Below are positions 63,301 to 64,000 of a stretch of DNA of 64,000 nt, piece by piece. Under the pieces are notes generated by a model. The model was given only the letters and a program-made list of their open reading frames with translations. It did not search any database and was not told where the DNA came from. The DNA lies in the NCBI GenBank assembly GCA_041660785.1, contig JBAZVQ010000001.1, positions 689,538-753,537 of the forward strand. Direction: 5' to 3'. Made by a program: the position numbers and the translations under genes. The DNA comes from Patescibacteria group bacterium (GTDB lineage: Bacteria > Patescibacteriota > Microgenomatia > UBA1406 > GWC2-37-13). Each line of letters starts with the position of its first letter. Positions within the stretch are counted from its first letter, which is position 1.

Positions 63301-64000
63301 CATTTAAGAAGTCAGCTACATTATTTTCTTTAAAAAATAAGTAATCATCTTCTTCAATGACATCAAAAGGTCTTATTGATCGAGCTATTTTCAAAACTCT
63401 CTCAAAATAAGCTGATTTTTTGGTTTTTGTGTCAGTCTGTTCATTTGATAACAATTTTAGTTGTTCTCTTTTTTTGAATTCAACTTCTTGTTTCGCGATC
63501 TCCCATTGTTCTTTATGGGCGATCTTTTTCTCTAATTGTAGATATTGTTTCTCAAAATTATTATTTATTTCCTCTTCTTTTTTAACAAAATCTTCTTCAA
63601 TTTTCTTTAATTCGGTTTTTTGAAGTTCATCAATCGCCTTCAGAGTCTTTTTTTGATTCTCTTTGTCAACTTCTTTTACTAGGTAAAGAGCGTAATAAAT
63701 AATTCTTTCTAGGGCTTGTGGAGGAACGTCTAAAATAATACTTAAAGTTGAAGATGTCCCTTTAAAATACCAGATATGAGCAATAGGGGAGGCTAATTTA
63801 ATATGCCCCATTCTTTCTCTACGGACTGCAGAAGTTGTAATCTCAACTCCACAGCGATCACAAACAATTCCCTTATAACGCATTCTTTTATATTTTCCAC
63901 AGTAACATTCATAGTCTTTTGTTGGCCCAAAGATTCTTTCATCAAAAAGTCCATCTTTTTCGGCTCGGAATGTTCGATAGTTGATAGTTTCCGGTTTAAT
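60296..64000 (-). CDS. rpoC: RNA polymerase beta-prime subunit, N-terminus beyond the window end
   Basis: NADFDGD active site and zinc-finger CDRCGVE. The frame continues open from 63884 to 64000 ([39 protein letters not shown]). Confidence 0.96.
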   Translation of the reverse strand: MKPETINYRTFRAEKDGLFDERIFGPTKDYECYCGKYKRMRYKGIVCDRCGVEITTSAVRRERMGHIKLASPIAHIWYFKGTSSTLSIILDVPPQALERIIYYALYLVKEVDKENQKKTLKAIDELQKTELKKIEEDFVKKEEEINNNFEKQYLQLEKKIAHKEQWEIAKQEVEFKKREQLKLLSNEQTDTKTKKSAYFERVLKIARSIRPFDVIEEDDYLFFKENNVADFLNVGMGSEVLYEILSNYDLPKQYAHTLELLNETKGEKRNKLLKKARVLEAFIKAKIDPKWIVLTVLPVIPPDLRPVVQLPGGKFATSDLNDFYRRVINRNNRLKQLIDLGAPEIILRNEKRMLQEAVDSLIDLQKSRGKSRSTGANTKVQKSLSDILRGKQGRFRQNLLGKRVDYSGRSTIVVGPELKLNQCGLPREMALELFKPYLLHEIIIRGLAPNIKSAKLFLEKKDPVVYDILEEITKNHPVLLNRAPTLHKLSILGFYPVLTDDNAIKLHPAVCSGYNADFDGDAMGVFLPLSNKAIEEVKQRMFPYHNLLKPSDGSPIVLPNKEMALGCYYLTTIDSHLDTEKIEDLKFFATENEAMRFQAVGKIQLRQPINVGVGGKVIKTTVGRIIFNQALPNELRFVNEEVKASDLKNIVVAAMKIFENEKVGELIDKLKEIGFWASTIAGGLSLSIFDCQIIPEKTKIINETEEEIKKITKNFEQGLLTSDEKRRYSNKLWIDVTENLADKTWNALDEENPVKIIIKSGGARASKEQLKQLAAMKGLVVDPLGKIIEVPTKSNYRQGLSIFEYVISARGARKGLTDSALKTADAGYLTRRLVDTSHDMIVREEDCLVKEGLTISTTMSRGEKFKERIKNRFILNDLVNENKEVIIKANELIDNEKIALIEKNNITKVTVRSPLYCASPYGVCQKCYGTDLSTNRIVEIGVPVGVMAAQSIGEPGTQLTMRVRHFGGIVISDVTQGLPRVEELFETRTPKIVSPIAEISGKVAIVEDTEKEIYDITISSLNKESTIQEQKFTIPKAQKLKIKDGDLITVGTALSEGYLDIDDVLAIKGLRSAQIYLLDEIQDVYESQGIAIHDKHFEVIIRKMSDKVIIEDEGDTSLIKDEVVSKIRFGEENKRVLSKGERPASGKVSILGITRAAIHTDSWLSAASFEQTTSVLSSAAIKGQTDYLLGLKENVIIGRLIPVTSELITKYYGKFANQYANDKPTDKKEEKKQD

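Overview
This is an AT-rich window (roughly one-third GC by eye), gene-dense and read with the standard code (TGA is a stop). It looks like a small-genome, uncultivated bacterium of the CPR/Patescibacteria type. That assignment is an inference from archaeal-type isopentenyl-phosphate kinase, UMP kinase and ATP-dependent DNA ligase, many TrbC/VirB2-like pilin paralogs, an unlinked 5S rRNA and a GxxExxY cassette.

Housekeeping genes: rpoC (partial)-rpsL-rpsG-fusA, valS-rpmH-yidC-jag, recF, lexA, pyrH, a ClpC-like ATPase, tRNA-Gln and 5S rRNA.

Accessory content:
- a two-component system next to a MacAB-type efflux pump
- AlsS-like and ALDH enzymes, and a P-type ATPase
- glycosyltransferases and a Fic protein
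- a trypsin-like protease

Most interesting:
1. A minus-strand island (12.6-17.5 kb) with four cytochrome-b5-superfamily genes, one of them MAPR-like. It also carries a NOX/FRE flavocytochrome and an FTR1 permease. Three of its promoters share a direct-repeat box.
2. A cell-surface cluster (41.3-49.1 kb): a 1251-aa orphan protein, a Cys-rich pilin fusion, a polytopic membrane protein and a C39-like peptidase. Further pilin paralogs lie at 28.6-29.2 kb and 52.1 kb.
3. Several families of heptamer-periodic or hairpin mini-repeats. They occur as intergenic terminators and also in frame inside valS, the Clp ATPase, the DNA ligase and a DUF2298 membrane protein.
4. A recurrent leaderless promoter geometry.
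5. An 18-bp perfect palindrome present three times around a TrpR/YerC-like regulator.

All calls come from reading motifs by eye. Coordinates of small elements were hand-counted (about +/-2 nt). No database search was run.
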